A DNA stretch of 64,000 bases from NCBI GenBank assembly GCA_965208835.1, contig OZ242358.1, positions 1,824,001-1,888,000 of the forward strand, in the 5' to 3' direction. The position numbers were made by a program, and so were the translations under genes. The notes under the pieces are model-generated. The model was not told the origin of the DNA. It worked only from the letters and a program-made list of their open reading frames with translations, and made no database searches. Source of the DNA: Candidatus Latescibacterota bacterium (GTDB taxonomy: Bacteria > Latescibacterota > UBA2968 > GCA-2709665). Position 1 is the stretch's first letter. The number at the start of each line of letters is the position of its first letter. Below, piece by piece: positions 27,549-38,354 of this stretch.

Positions 27549-30500
27549 TCAGGGCAGGGTCAACCGCCAGACGTCGTTCACCACAGGCCAGGTATTGCCG
27601 GCGACAACCCAGAGGCTGCCCCGGAACACGTAGCACGTGGACTCGTGACGCGGCGAAAAGCGGGTTTCGGGTTTGAACTCGCGCCAGTCCCGGCCGTCTT
27701 CGGTGTACCAGACGTCCCCGAGGTTGACGTAGTTGGCATTGTCGTACCCGCCGATGATCCAGAGTCTGCCCGCATAGACTTTCGGAATGAACCACATCCG
27801 GGGCGACCATGGAGCGTGTTCGAGTATGCGGGTCCAGTGGACGCCGTCCTCCGAGCACCAGACGTCGTTGACCGTTGTATAGTGGGGGTAGCCCTTTTCG
27901 GGCGGGTCGTTAGGCTGCTCGAAGCGGCCGCCCAGGACCCACAGCCGGTCGCCGTACGCAGCTACGGCGGCCGCAGACCTGTCGCCGTACGGCGCGTTGG
28001 ACGTCGCGCGTGTCCACGCGATGCCGTCGCCTGAGTGCCAGACGTCGCCGCCGCTGCCGAGTTGCCACATGCGGTCCCGGAAAACCACCAGTTCGCCGTG
28101 ACCTCGCGGACCAAAGGGGGTTTCTTCCAGCACCCGGGTCCACTCAACGCCGTCGGTGGAGTTCCAGACGCTTCCCTTCACCGCCCACACGCGGTCCTTG
28201 TAGGCCACCAATTCGCTGTAGCCGTCGTACGGCGTGGCTTCGCTGACCAGATGCCAGCTGATGCCGTCGGGTGAGTTCCAGAGGTCCCGCGTAAGGATGT
28301 TGTCGTGGTAATAGGCATTGCTGATCCAGAGTTTGTCCTGAAACACCACGTCCTCGGACGTGTCGCGCGGCGTGAACGGCGCGTGGCGGACCAGGTTGAT
28401 CCAGTCCCCGGTTCTCGTGGCGTTGACGCCGGACATGTTGACGCGCAGGCTGGCCACGGTGGGGATTTCGACCCGCGCGGATCCCGTCCACGACCGCCCG
28501 GGGAAGAACAGGTGCCGGCCCCCGTCCGCCGTGATTTCATACCCCGGGTCATCCTTCAGTTCCAGCAGCGTGCCGCCGTCGTCAGGGTGGTGCAGTCTCG
28601 TGATCTTATGGCCGTACGTGAATCCGTCGCCGTCGGTGACAACGGCGGTGAGGCCGGCGAGGTCCACGCCGGTCGGAAGACCGGTATCGATGAGGAGCCC
28701 GTCCACGTTGTCTCCCGCGGCCTTTCGCGTGGTCCTCAGGACAGCGCCGCTGCGCGTGCCCCTGCCGCCGAGCTTGCGCTTGCCCTTTTCGAGCAGCGTG
28801 CCCCCGATCAGGATCATCTCTTCCACCTCGCCGTTTCGCTCCCGGATGAAGCCGACGCGTCCGCTGAAGCTGAGGTTTCCGGTTGTGAGCAACCGGTTTT
28901 CGTCCGTTGAGGACAGGATGTAGTCGGTAACCTCGCCGGATACGATCCTGAGCGCGATATCCGTTTCCGCGGCGGCGTCCACGTCGAGGCGTTCCGCGCC
29001 GGTAATGGCAGGACGTTCGCCGAAGGGTTCCAGGATGGTGCTGAAGAGGGTGGAAAGGTCCTTGCCTTCGCGGCGATGGACCAGCATCGGCATGGTAATC
29101 TCGTCCAGCCGGACGTCATCCTCATCGGCATTTCGGATGGAGGGCGCCTGTGCGGTGAAGAGTTCGCCGTCGGGGCGGGTCAGGCTGTGGACGCGGACCG
29201 ATCCGGCGGGCTCGGCCATGCTGGAGAACGTCGCGGCCCACGGACGGGTCACGTCGGCGCGGCGCACGTCGCGGATAAACGCGTATCCCAGGTTGTGGCC
29301 CCCGGCGTCGCCCCTGACGCTCTCGCCGGTGGGCAGGGTGGCTGTCACGCCCGCCGGAAGAAGCGTGTTCCCGTGGGGGGCTGCGGGCAGGTCGATTTCG
29401 ACCGCGCCGTCGTGGTCGGCGTCGCCGGCGAGGATGTATTCGTGGCGATGACCGCCGGCGACCCTGAACAGATCGACCACGTAGGTCTGATCGGACGAGA
29501 GGCCGACCTGGATCAGCAGCCGGCGGTAGTTCGACGTCACACCCGGATAGGCGCGGTCGCCCGAGGCTTCGATGGCCTGAAACGTGTCGCTGTGCGGCGC
29601 GAACAGAAGGAGGTTGCCGTCCGACGGCGCCTTTTCGGAACCGTATGACTGGTCTTTGCCGTCCACGGCAACCGTGTTGTGCGACAGCGTGGAGATGGTC
29701 CAGCACCGGTGGCGCGTGTGGGTATAGCCGATATCGCTCAGACGCTCCTGACCGCGCGCGTAGAGGGTGAGGCTCAGCAGATCCGCGTGCTGGTGGCCGT
29801 ATCCGCCCGAGAAGTGGAGGTACGTCTGGGTCTGGTCGTCGCCCTTTCCCATATCGAGGCGGGCATGACCCATGCCGGGCAGGAGCAGGGGGCCGGATGT
29901 TTCAGGGGGGTCTTGCCGTCCTTTTGCCCACGTGTCGTGGGTGGGTACCACGCGGCCGTTCGGATAGCTGAGAAGCTCGGGGATGCCCGCGGCTTTCAAG
30001 AGGATGGGAAAACGGGCGTTCAGGTCCAGATTATCGTAGCGTTCGCCGTCGGTGGGGTGGACGTATCCGTCGGGATCGCTGTAACCGTTCAGTCTTTCCA
30101 TCACCTGACGCAGGCCGCCGATGGTCTGGTTGTGATACGAGATCGCGCCTTCGCGCCACACGCCGTCCACGAAAAAGTTGGCGGTGATGAGTTTTTCGAT
30201 CCGGTCGACCGCGTCGTGAATATAATCCGGTTCCTCCAGGACCCTTCCGGCCGCGACCATGCCGCGCAGCAGCGTGGGGTCCATATTGCCCAGCGCGGGC
30301 GGGTAGCCCCGGATGAAGGCCACGCTGGCGTGGAAGAACCCGTCTTCAATGCGCCGGACCATCGTACTGTCGAGTTCTCCGCTGTCCCGGATGAGGTCGT
30401 ACGTGTAGATGAGATTCTCGGGAATGTCCATGTATGCCCACCAGTCCCACTTGGAGGCGCGGTAGTCCTGGACCGGATACGGAAACCCCTGGCTTCCGGG

Positions 30501-31094
30501 AAAGATGATCTTCTGCCGGAAGGGCAGGTCGTGGTGGACGCAGTACCCGGGATAGACTTCTGCGAACCGGTTCAGAATGAGAGCCGCGCGGCGGGCGAAG
30601 GACGTGTCTCCCGTTGCAAAGTAGACCGCCGCCAGGTCGTGGGCGGCGCCGGCGAAGTAGGCCCGCGCCCGGTACCACCCCTTGGCCTGAAAGAAATGCC
30701 TGTACCCGATTTCGTCCTCCCAGTACGGATATTCCTGGGTCTCATCCGCGGGATTGACCACGCTCAGGGTATCCGTATCCGGGAATTTTGCATTGGGGAA
30801 CTTGAGGCCGCAGTATTTGCAGAAGACACGGTCCGGGTCCTCGATGGTCCAGTCAATCTGACCCTCCTGAGCGCCTCCGTCGCAGTTGGGGCAGTCCACG
30901 AAGAAGATGCCCGCCCGATCTGGAATGATGCGCAGTATTTCGCTTTCAGAGAGTGTGAGAACCGGTTCGAGGTTCCGACGCAGGCGCGCCACGTCGGATT
31001 CGTCCAGGTCCGGCGGAAAGACGGGTTTTGCCTCCGCGGGTTCCGGCAGGAGTACGAGAATGATCAGGACGAGTGCCACGGCGAGAATCAGCAT
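27549..31094 (-). CDS. secreted heparinase II/III-like protein with CxxC...CxxC insert and C-terminal Kelch-like propeller
   Basis: Signal peptide; DGVWREGAISYH, GHQHADLLSL, DIGYT, TLSHNTVAVDG; C-terminal repeats DVW.S.DG..W and APW/YSPR. Confidence 0.8.
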   Translation of the reverse strand: MLILAVALVLIILVLLPEPAEAKPVFPPDLDESDVARLRRNLEPVLTLSESEILRIIPDRAGIFFVDCPNCDGGAQEGQIDWTIEDPDRVFCKYCGLKFPNAKFPDTDTLSVVNPADETQEYPYWEDEIGYRHFFQAKGWYRARAYFAGAAHDLAAVYFATGDTSFARRAALILNRFAEVYPGYCVHHDLPFRQKIIFPGSQGFPYPVQDYRASKWDWWAYMDIPENLIYTYDLIRDSGELDSTMVRRIEDGFFHASVAFIRGYPPALGNMDPTLLRGMVAAGRVLEEPDYIHDAVDRIEKLITANFFVDGVWREGAISYHNQTIGGLRQVMERLNGYSDPDGYVHPTDGERYDNLDLNARFPILLKAAGIPELLSYPNGRVVPTHDTWAKGRQDPPETSGPLLLPGMGHARLDMGKGDDQTQTYLHFSGGYGHQHADLLSLTLYARGQERLSDIGYTHTRHRCWTISTLSHNTVAVDGKDQSYGSEKAPSDGNLLLFAPHSDTFQAIEASGDRAYPGVTSNYRRLLIQVGLSSDQTYVVDLFRVAGGHRHEYILAGDADHDGAVEIDLPAAPHGNTLLPAGVTATLPTGESVRGDAGGHNLGYAFIRDVRRADVTRPWAATFSSMAEPAGSVRVHSLTRPDGELFTAQAPSIRNADEDDVRLDEITMPMLVHRREGKDLSTLFSTILEPFGERPAITGAERLDVDAAAETDIALRIVSGEVTDYILSSTDENRLLTTGNLSFSGRVGFIRERNGEVEEMILIGGTLLEKGKRKLGGRGTRSGAVLRTTRKAAGDNVDGLLIDTGLPTGVDLAGLTAVVTDGDGFTYGHKITRLHHPDDGGTLLELKDDPGYEITADGGRHLFFPGRSWTGSARVEIPTVASLRVNMSGVNATRTGDWINLVRHAPFTPRDTSEDVVFQDKLWISNAYYHDNILTRDLWNSPDGISWHLVSEATPYDGYSELVAYKDRVWAVKGSVWNSTDGVEWTRVLEETPFGPRGHGELVVFRDRMWQLGSGGDVWHSGDGIAWTRATSNAPYGDRSAAAVAAYGDRLWVLGGRFEQPNDPPEKGYPHYTTVNDVWCSEDGVHWTRILEHAPWSPRMWFIPKVYAGRLWIIGGYDNANYVNLGDVWYTEDGRDWREFKPETRFSPRHESTCYVFRGSLWVVAGNTWPVVNDVWRLTLP

Positions 31095-31164
31095 AACGGG
31101 ACGTCCTTTCGAATGGAGTCCTTCCGGACGCGCGCGAAACGCGCCTTCGGCGTACGGGTGCCGG

Positions 31165-32724
31165 TCAGCCCCCCGGCGAGGTGTTGCGGCGCAGCACCCG
31201 GCCCGGGAACGCGCCGGTGGGGACGCCGCCTTCCACCGCCGGCTCTCCATTGACCAGCACCCACGGGATTCCCACGGGACCCCCGGTGGGGTTCTCGAAC
31301 GTGGCGGTCGCGTTAACGGTCCGGGGATCGAAGATCACGATGTCGGCGGCCTTCCCGGCGGCGATCTCTCCGCGGTCGGCGAGGCCGAATCGACGGGCGG
31401 GGAATCCGCTCATCTTGTGGATGGCTTCCGCGAGAGAAATCACGCCCTTCTCGCGAACGAATACGCCCGGCACTTGCGCAAAGCAACCGAAACCCCGGGG
31501 GTGGGGATGGCGCACGTTGTAAACGCCGTCGCTCGCGATCATCATTCGCGGATGGTTGACGGTGTTCCTGATCGTGTTTTCGATGGTCTCCGGCGCATCC
31601 TGCCAGGGGAAGATGTAGGTGGACTGGCCGTCCTCCTCCAGGACGAGATCGTATGCGAAGTCCTCCGGAGCGACGCCGGCGCCTGCGGCCAGGTCCGACA
31701 GGGTGGCGCCGATGTAGCGCCCTGAGCGGGTGTGGCCGACCACCTGGTTGCACGCGCCCAGCCAGCCACGGAGATCGGGCAGGATCCGTTTCTTCACCGC
31801 GGGGTCCGCCAGGTGATCCAGAACGTCCGCCGGGGCGCCGATCTGGTCCTCGACGGGGAGCATGATCGTCATGTGAGACATCCCGGCGGGATAGAGGTAG
31901 GACTCGATGCTGAGGTCGATGCCCTCGCGGTCGGCGAGATCGAGAAGCTCGGCGCCCTCCCGGTCGACCCGTTCGTGGGAGTGGTGGACCGGGATGCCGG
32001 ACTGCCGGAAGATCTCGAAGGTTTCCTTCCATGCCTCCGCCCTGCCGAGAAGATGGTTGCGGATGTGGGCCGCGTAGATGCCCCCGTAGGACGCCGCCAC
32101 TTTGCAGAGTGCGACCAGCTCGCGCAGGTCCGAATTCGCGCTCGGCTGGTAGTCCAGCCCCAGGCAGAGGCAGCCCGCGCCGGCTTCCATCCACTGCCGC
32201 ACCAGGTCCGCCATCGCGTCGATCTGCGAATCGGAAGCCGGTCCGGGCGCCCAGCCGCAAACGTTGAGGCGCACCGCACAGTGGGGCACCTGCGGGTAGA
32301 CGTTGCACGGGCTGTTGCCTGGAAAGAGGTTCAGGTAGTCTTCGATGGTTTCCCAGGTCAGGTCGATATCGGCCGTGCCGGCGATGAAGCGGGTGTATTC
32401 CCACATCTGGCCGCGCAGGACCGGAGGCAGCGGGGCCCATCCGAATCCGTCCGGCGCGAGAAGCTGGGTGGTAATGCCCTGTACGACGCCCGCAAACCGG
32501 TGCCTTCCGGCCAGCAGGGCGGGTTCGCAATGCACGTGGACGTCGATGAAGCCGGGGCAGACCGCGTGGCCCCGGGCATCGATCTCCCGGTCGGCTCGGG
32601 CGTCCGCCAGGTCGCCCACGGCGGCGATACGGTCGCCCTGCACGGCGACGTCGGCGGAGAATGGTTCCCGGAGGCCGGTCCCGTCAACCACGAGGCCGTT
32701 GCGGATGAGGACGTCGAAAGTCAT
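31165..32724 (-). CDS. N-acyl-D-amino-acid deacylase (D-aminoacylase family)
   Basis: DVLIRNGLVVDGTG, PGFIDVHVH, HPRGFGCF, GKAADIVIFDP. Confidence 0.88.
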   Translation of the reverse strand: MTFDVLIRNGLVVDGTGLREPFSADVAVQGDRIAAVGDLADARADREIDARGHAVCPGFIDVHVHCEPALLAGRHRFAGVVQGITTQLLAPDGFGWAPLPPVLRGQMWEYTRFIAGTADIDLTWETIEDYLNLFPGNSPCNVYPQVPHCAVRLNVCGWAPGPASDSQIDAMADLVRQWMEAGAGCLCLGLDYQPSANSDLRELVALCKVAASYGGIYAAHIRNHLLGRAEAWKETFEIFRQSGIPVHHSHERVDREGAELLDLADREGIDLSIESYLYPAGMSHMTIMLPVEDQIGAPADVLDHLADPAVKKRILPDLRGWLGACNQVVGHTRSGRYIGATLSDLAAGAGVAPEDFAYDLVLEEDGQSTYIFPWQDAPETIENTIRNTVNHPRMMIASDGVYNVRHPHPRGFGCFAQVPGVFVREKGVISLAEAIHKMSGFPARRFGLADRGEIAAGKAADIVIFDPRTVNATATFENPTGGPVGIPWVLVNGEPAVEGGVPTGAFPGRVLRRNTSPGG

Positions 32725-32778
32725 GGGCTTCGCCTTCCGGGATTCACAATACCGGTTGCATTGCATCGCCGCTTCTGA

Positions 32779-32966
32779 GAAGCTGTTTTAAAATTACCGG
32801 TGCGTTCCCGAGCGCGAGCGAAAAAGTGGCGGTCAAGGCGGGAAAATCCGCCCATATTCAATGTATCGTGGCTGCGCGCCCCTCGCCACTCTTGGGTGGA
32901 TTTGACCAACGCCGACCGGCGCCTTTGCAGCCGCGCGAAGACCGCTGGGAATTTTAAGACAGCTTC
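32779..32966. mobile_element. MITE, GAAGCTGTYTTAAAA TIR, TGA target duplication
   Basis: TGA|GAAGCTGTTTTAAAATT...AATTTTAAGACAGCTTC|TGA; 188 bp. Confidence 0.88.
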
Positions 32967-33021
32967 TGAGGCCAGAAGATAAATACGATTTGCTGGCGGC
33001 GCACCGGAATTGTGGCGACGC

Positions 33022-34989
33022 CTACCAGTCGTTCAGTTTGTGTCCGTCTCCGTTGAACCAGACGACATCCGCGATAACCCCCAGCCCGACGCCGGCAAGG
33101 TATCCCATGAACATCCCCAGAAACAGGGGCGCCATGCGTCTATAGCTGTTGAGGCCGCCGAATTTCATAATCAGGGCCTTGGTGAGCCATGTGATGAATA
33201 TGGAGGTGACGCTGCTTCTGAGCACGTTGGAGGCGGAAATGGTGAATCCGATGGGGTGGACCGGGAATCCCGGAAAGCGGTATCTCAGGAAGACGAGGAG
33301 GCCGGTGAACGCTGCGCCGATGGCGAAGAACCCGACGCGGTCCCAGCTCGTGCCGGCGGTCCCTTCCTGGATGCGGGCGGCCGTATATCGCCAGATGCCC
33401 ACGGCGCCGTCGCCGGAGCCGTTGAAGCTGACCACGCCGAAGTTGTAGCTGCCCACACCGTAATAGCCGTGGTAGAGGATGAAAGCGATGACGGAAAGGG
33501 CGCCACCCAGGGCGCCCAGGAGGACCCCGGGCGCCAGCAGGCGCCGCCGTTCCGGCCGCATGGCCATGCCGAGCCTCGGGATGTGGGCAAGGGCGGTGAT
33601 CGCCCAGGTCTTCGCGTCGCAGAAAAAGGTGTAGGTCAGGCCCAGAGCAACCGCGCTGTGCGCGCCCATTCCTGTAATGCCGAACAGGTGCCACGTGAAC
33701 GCCTGCGCCGTAATGGGCCCCCTCAGGTACACGAGGCCGCTTTCCACGATGATGCGAGCCAGGCCCAGGTAGAGTACGAGGGTGGCGAACCAGAAGGCGA
33801 GCAGGGGGCCGGCGGCCATCCCCGCACGGAAGAGCCACACGAGCAGGTAGGCGCAACCTGCCAGCAGAAGGTATACCGCCGCGCGGTAGGAGATGAGTTC
33901 GTTTGAGTCGTCGATATGGCCGACCCTTTCAACGCGGTTCGCATCCGCTGTACTCGAGAACGCTTTCCTGAATACGGCGGCCAGGTGGCTCCGCGCGACC
34001 CAGACCCCCCATCCGGCGAAGACGGTGAGGCCGCCGAAGCTCTGCCAGCCGATGGCGGGGTCGAAGGAACACCACATATCCGAACTGCCGATGCTGAAAC
34101 CCAGGCGATTGAAGACACCGACCTGCAGGATGGCCAGCAGGTGAAAGAGCCAGATGCTGAGCAGGACGCTGGATTCGGTGAAATACGCGAACGCGATCGT
34201 CATGGGATGAATGGAGAATGCAAAGTAGGGAAAACCCTGACCGATCCGGATGATCTTTCGGCTGAGGACGGTCATGGGCACGTCCAGGACGGGAATGGCT
34301 CTGACGAACCAGGTCGCGATGTTCCAGCAGAAGATGGCGACGATCAGCCAGAAACCGAATCGGAACAGACGCGACCGGACCAGGGTGGACAGGCTGCGCT
34401 CGGAACCGGAAACCCCCGTAAGTTCCAGCACGGCGGTGGCGATCGGAAACGTGAGGCGTTCGTTGTCCATCCACTGTTTCCGCAGAATCACGACCAGGCA
34501 GAAGCTGACTGTGAGCACCGATCCGAGGAATCCGGCCCACCAGAAAACCGGCGCCGCCCAGGCGCTCCAGGGAAATTCCTGGCCCTTGAACAGACTCTCG
34601 TAGAAGCCGGTGGTGGCCGCCGGTTCCGCGACAATGGTCCACGACGGGATTCTGGCAATCAGGTGGTCTGCCCATTGGTTTTCCGGCGTGGCGAAGTAGG
34701 TGGGCGCCGTGACCACGCCGAGCAGATATCCCGAGAGCCACTCTCCCTGCATCGTCGCGGCAACCATTCCGATACAGCAGATGGCCAGCAATTCCGAGGC
34801 CGAAAGCCCGCGGCCGCGTCGATACAGGGGGAGGTTGAGTCCGAGCAGGCAGATGAAGGGAATCAGGAGGCCTACCGACAAATGCGCGTAGTCGGCGCGC
34901 GAGGAATGCGCGATGAGGCTGGAGTAGGTGGGCCAGAGGTTGACCCAGACGGCCATGGCCAGGCCAAGGAAGAGCGCGCGCAGCGTCAT
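33022..34989 (-). CDS. polytopic membrane protein, DUF6785/DUF6784 (OPT-like) family
   Basis: YFATPENQW, RKQWMDNERLTFP, FPVHPIGF, KFGG...PLFLG; many transmembrane segments. Confidence 0.75.
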   Translation of the reverse strand: MTLRALFLGLAMAVWVNLWPTYSSLIAHSSRADYAHLSVGLLIPFICLLGLNLPLYRRGRGLSASELLAICCIGMVAATMQGEWLSGYLLGVVTAPTYFATPENQWADHLIARIPSWTIVAEPAATTGFYESLFKGQEFPWSAWAAPVFWWAGFLGSVLTVSFCLVVILRKQWMDNERLTFPIATAVLELTGVSGSERSLSTLVRSRLFRFGFWLIVAIFCWNIATWFVRAIPVLDVPMTVLSRKIIRIGQGFPYFAFSIHPMTIAFAYFTESSVLLSIWLFHLLAILQVGVFNRLGFSIGSSDMWCSFDPAIGWQSFGGLTVFAGWGVWVARSHLAAVFRKAFSSTADANRVERVGHIDDSNELISYRAAVYLLLAGCAYLLVWLFRAGMAAGPLLAFWFATLVLYLGLARIIVESGLVYLRGPITAQAFTWHLFGITGMGAHSAVALGLTYTFFCDAKTWAITALAHIPRLGMAMRPERRRLLAPGVLLGALGGALSVIAFILYHGYYGVGSYNFGVVSFNGSGDGAVGIWRYTAARIQEGTAGTSWDRVGFFAIGAAFTGLLVFLRYRFPGFPVHPIGFTISASNVLRSSVTSIFITWLTKALIMKFGGLNSYRRMAPLFLGMFMGYLAGVGLGVIADVVWFNGDGHKLNDW

Positions 34990-35038
34990 GGTGTCCGCCG
35001 TCGGATGTGCCGGAACGGGATGAGGCGCTGTATCCAGC

Positions 35039-36091
35039 CTACAAACTTCCGGATACCGCGATTTTTATGGCGTCCCTACCGTCCAGACGGTAGCTGCCCG
35101 CCAGGGAGTTGAAGCCTTCGGGCACGCGATCCAGCGCGATGGTGTGGCTGACCATATCGGCAAAGGGGAATTCGTTTTTTTCAAGGATGGGAAGGCCACG
35201 CACGAAGTGATCGGGGGAACTCGCCCAGACGGCTTCGAAGCGCAGGTTCTTTCGCATGAACATCCGGTTCGGGTTGCATTCGAAAGAACCGACGTCGACG
35301 AAATGGCCCATTTCAACGTAGGTGCCGTCCTGGCGAAGGTAGTCCAGACCTTCGGGCAGGGCCTGCAGAAAGCCGGCGCACTCGAACACAACGTCGGCCC
35401 CGGACCCTCGAGGCGTGCTGTCTCTAACCACTCGTTTTCGTTCTTCCGGGTCCGGGACTTCGGCGATGTCGACGGTGACGTCCGCGCCGATCTCGCGGGC
35501 GAGGTCCAGTCGTCCGGGTGGTCCCCCGACCATGATCAACCGGCCCGCGCCGCTGACTTTCGCGCAGATGAGGGTGACGAGGCCGATGGCGCCCGAACCC
35601 TGAACGACGACGGTGTCGCCAAATTGAATACCCGCCCGCATCACGCCGTGTACGCCGATTGTGAAGGGCTCCAGCAGGACGGCGACCTCGGCCGGCAGAT
35701 CGGTCTTGAAGAAAACGGTCTCCGGATTCCAGAGGTAGATGTATTCCCCAAATCCGCCCCGAAGATAGGGCTGTTCTCCGGCGGGGATGAATCCGTATGC
35801 GCCCTGAGACGTTCCGGGCACCAGGGCGATCCGGTCACCGGTTCTGACGGGGCGTCCCAGGTGGTCATGGGTCACGCCGTCGCCGAGTGTGTCGACGATT
35901 CCCACGTTTTCATGTCCCAGAATGACCTCGTCTTCCAGCCTCTGGTGTTCCCAGTTGTGCAGGTCGGTGCCGCAGATACCGGCCAGCTCCTGTCTCAACA
36001 GGACCGTACCGGGCGCCGGTTCGGGGACGGGGTACTCACGTATTTCAAAGCGTTCACCGACGATAACCGAGGCGCGACCGGTCCTGGGCAT
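35039..36091 (-). CDS. zinc-binding (MDR) alcohol dehydrogenase
   Basis: GICGTDLH, ILGHENVG, QGSGAIG; structural-Zn Cys loop absent. Confidence 0.88.
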   Translation of the reverse strand: MPRTGRASVIVGERFEIREYPVPEPAPGTVLLRQELAGICGTDLHNWEHQRLEDEVILGHENVGIVDTLGDGVTHDHLGRPVRTGDRIALVPGTSQGAYGFIPAGEQPYLRGGFGEYIYLWNPETVFFKTDLPAEVAVLLEPFTIGVHGVMRAGIQFGDTVVVQGSGAIGLVTLICAKVSGAGRLIMVGGPPGRLDLAREIGADVTVDIAEVPDPEERKRVVRDSTPRGSGADVVFECAGFLQALPEGLDYLRQDGTYVEMGHFVDVGSFECNPNRMFMRKNLRFEAVWASSPDHFVRGLPILEKNEFPFADMVSHTIALDRVPEGFNSLAGSYRLDGRDAIKIAVSGSL

Positions 36092-36116
36092 GGGTAAGTC
36101 CCTCCCTCCGACTTTA

Positions 36117-36278
36117 GAAGCTGTCTTAAAACCCCCCTGCGGTCTTCGCGCGGCTGCAAAAGCGTCGGTCTGCGTTGGTCAAATCCACCCGTATACCCAA
36201 ATATGGGCGAATTCACCCGCCTTGACCGACACATTTTCGCGCGCGCTCGGGACTCACCAGGAATTTTAAAACAGCTTC
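36117..36278. mobile_element. MITE of the same family as 32779, inverted and internally shorter, TTA duplication
   Basis: TTA|GAAGCTGTCTTAAAA...TTTTAAAACAGCTTC|TTA. Confidence 0.88.
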
Positions 36279-36292
36279 TTAGGTCGGATGTG

Positions 36293-37093
36293 TCAGGATT
36301 GCGCGTAGAAACGTATATTCGGGATGTTTCCGATGCTGCCCGTTTCGTGTGCGTATCTGAAAAAAAGGTTCAGACCCTCCAGTTCGACCTCGCCAAAGTC
36401 GTAGCGGATCTTGTTGCCCATGAAGTCGGCATAGAATTCGGCCGAACCCGAATGGGACGTCGCGCATTTCGCCGCAATTGCGGGGATCTCACGGACACCC
36501 AGCGCCTTTGCCCGGATCAGCTGCCGGGTCTGCTCGGGATCCAGCGCGTCGGACCGACCCGCCCAGCAGGCGTAGACGAACGGAAGCCCCGTAAGCTCGG
36601 TCCAGGCTTCACCCAGGTCGATCACGCAACAGGACGTCGTATCCACGGCGAGCGCCGCGTCTCCGATGATGACGGCGGCATCTGCGCGATTCAGCATGCG
36701 TCCGGCGTCGGGAGGCATGTGGAGGACATTGGGCCTGCACCGGTATCTTTTCTGCAATAGAATTCGGCTGAGGACGGCGGAGGTCCGGGAGTTGACGTCC
36801 AGGGCGAGCGTCCGGATATCGGCAGGGTCTCTGCGGTGCAGGAGCAGTACGCTTCGGACCGGGCCCCGGGAGGAGATACTGACTTCGGGCACGATGCTGT
36901 ATGGAACGTCCCCGCGGGCGATTTCGATGGAGGGGATGAGGGCAGCGTCGGTTTCACCGCTGTGAAGCCGTTCCGCGCAGCGGGACGGCACGTCGTAGGC
37001 GAGATCGAAGTGGTGTTCGATTTGGCCGGTCTCCAGTGCATGCACCAGAGGACGGGTGTTCAGGAACGAGACCACGGCGAGGCGGGTTGCCAT
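36293..37093 (-). CDS. mqnA: chorismate dehydratase (futalosine pathway)
   Basis: VSFLNTRPL, VRSV, SRTS, IIGDAAL, DLGEAW...TGLPFVYACW. Confidence 0.92.
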   Translation of the reverse strand: MATRLAVVSFLNTRPLVHALETGQIEHHFDLAYDVPSRCAERLHSGETDAALIPSIEIARGDVPYSIVPEVSISSRGPVRSVLLLHRRDPADIRTLALDVNSRTSAVLSRILLQKRYRCRPNVLHMPPDAGRMLNRADAAVIIGDAALAVDTTSCCVIDLGEAWTELTGLPFVYACWAGRSDALDPEQTRQLIRAKALGVREIPAIAAKCATSHSGSAEFYADFMGNKIRYDFGEVELEGLNLFFRYAHETGSIGNIPNIRFYAQS

Positions 37094-37104
37094 TCGCACG
37101 GCTT

Positions 37105-38205
37105 TCAGTTCACCATTTCGTACCGGGTGTTGCGTCTCGCCGGCCGGTAGCCGGCGCCCCGGATGAGGCGTAACATCGTGGGAAGGGTCATTTCGTTTGT
37201 GTGGCTGGTGCCTGCGGCGGAGACGACGTTTTCCTCCATCATGGTGCTGCCGAAGTCGTTGACACCGTATTTGAGGCCGACCTGGGCGATCTTGGGACCT
37301 TGGGTCACCCACGAGGCTTGAAAACTTGGAATGTTGTCCAGAAACAGGCGGGAGACCGCAATGGTGCGCAGGTAATCGTATCCTGTGGCTATCCTGCCGT
37401 TCCAGCGGGCGTTGTCGGCGGCCAGATCGGTATCGTCCGGCTGGAAATTCCACGCGATGAACGCCGTCAGACCGCCGGTATCGTCCTGGAGGTCCCGGAT
37501 GTGTTTCAGGTGTTCGAGCCGCTGGTCGACGGATTCGACGTGGCCGTACATCATGGTGGCGGTGGTGTGCATGCCCAGTTCATGCGCGGCGCGATGCACG
37601 GCCAGCCATTCGTGCACGCGGTCCTTCCGAAAGCCGATGATATCCCGGACGTCGTCCGACAGGATCTCGGCCCCGGCCCCGGGAATGGAGTCCAGGCCGG
37701 CGTCCCGGAGTCGTCGAATGCAGTCCGGGATCGTCAGCCGCGAAATGTGCGCGACGTAGATGATTTCGGTGGCCGACAGGCAGTGCTGGTGGACCGACGG
37801 ATAGCGTTCCCGAATGCTGGAGAAGAGTTCTTCGTAGTAGTCGATGCGCAGCTTGGGATTCAGGCCGCCCTGCATGAGTATTTCATTGGACTTGGGAGTC
37901 TGCCCCCCCGCGGCCACCAGTTCGTCGATCTTCCGGAAGATCTGTTCCCGTGGCAGGACGTATCCCTCGCCGGATCCGGGCGGGCGGTAGAACGCGCAGA
38001 AATCGCATCGCACCCAGCAGACGTTGGTGTAGTTGATGTTGCGGCCGATGTTGTACGTGACCACGTCTTCGGGCCATCTGCGCCTTCGTACGGCGTCCGC
38101 AAGCATGCCCAGTTCCGTAACGTTGGGATGCGCCATCAGCCGCCGGGCGTCTTCTACCGTGATACGTTCTTCCGCGTCGACCTTTTCGGCGATATCGTCG
38201 ATCAT
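37105..38205 (-). CDS. mqnC: cyclic dehypoxanthine futalosine synthase (radical SAM)
   Basis: RNINYTNVCWVRCDFCAFYR, ILMQGG, QASWVTQG, DFGSTMMEENVVSAAG. Confidence 0.92.
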   Translation of the reverse strand: MIDDIAEKVDAEERITVEDARRLMAHPNVTELGMLADAVRRRRWPEDVVTYNIGRNINYTNVCWVRCDFCAFYRPPGSGEGYVLPREQIFRKIDELVAAGGQTPKSNEILMQGGLNPKLRIDYYEELFSSIRERYPSVHQHCLSATEIIYVAHISRLTIPDCIRRLRDAGLDSIPGAGAEILSDDVRDIIGFRKDRVHEWLAVHRAAHELGMHTTATMMYGHVESVDQRLEHLKHIRDLQDDTGGLTAFIAWNFQPDDTDLAADNARWNGRIATGYDYLRTIAVSRLFLDNIPSFQASWVTQGPKIAQVGLKYGVNDFGSTMMEENVVSAAGTSHTNEMTLPTMLRLIRGAGYRPARRNTRYEMVN

Positions 38206-38354
38206 CGATCCGTTCTCCGGGGCAGAATGAGCTTTTCCTCGAGTCGATAAATTACAACCGTTTTATTGGCCACAAAAGGCGCAAGACGCACAAAAGGATT
38301 CGGTGCGAAACGACATGTGTCGTTACGCCGTGATCCTGCGGCCCCCGATAGGCT

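Noticed and set aside
29679-32778. Long plus-strand ORFs (524, 279 and 348 aa)
   Set aside because: Shadows of the heparinase-like and aminoacylase genes
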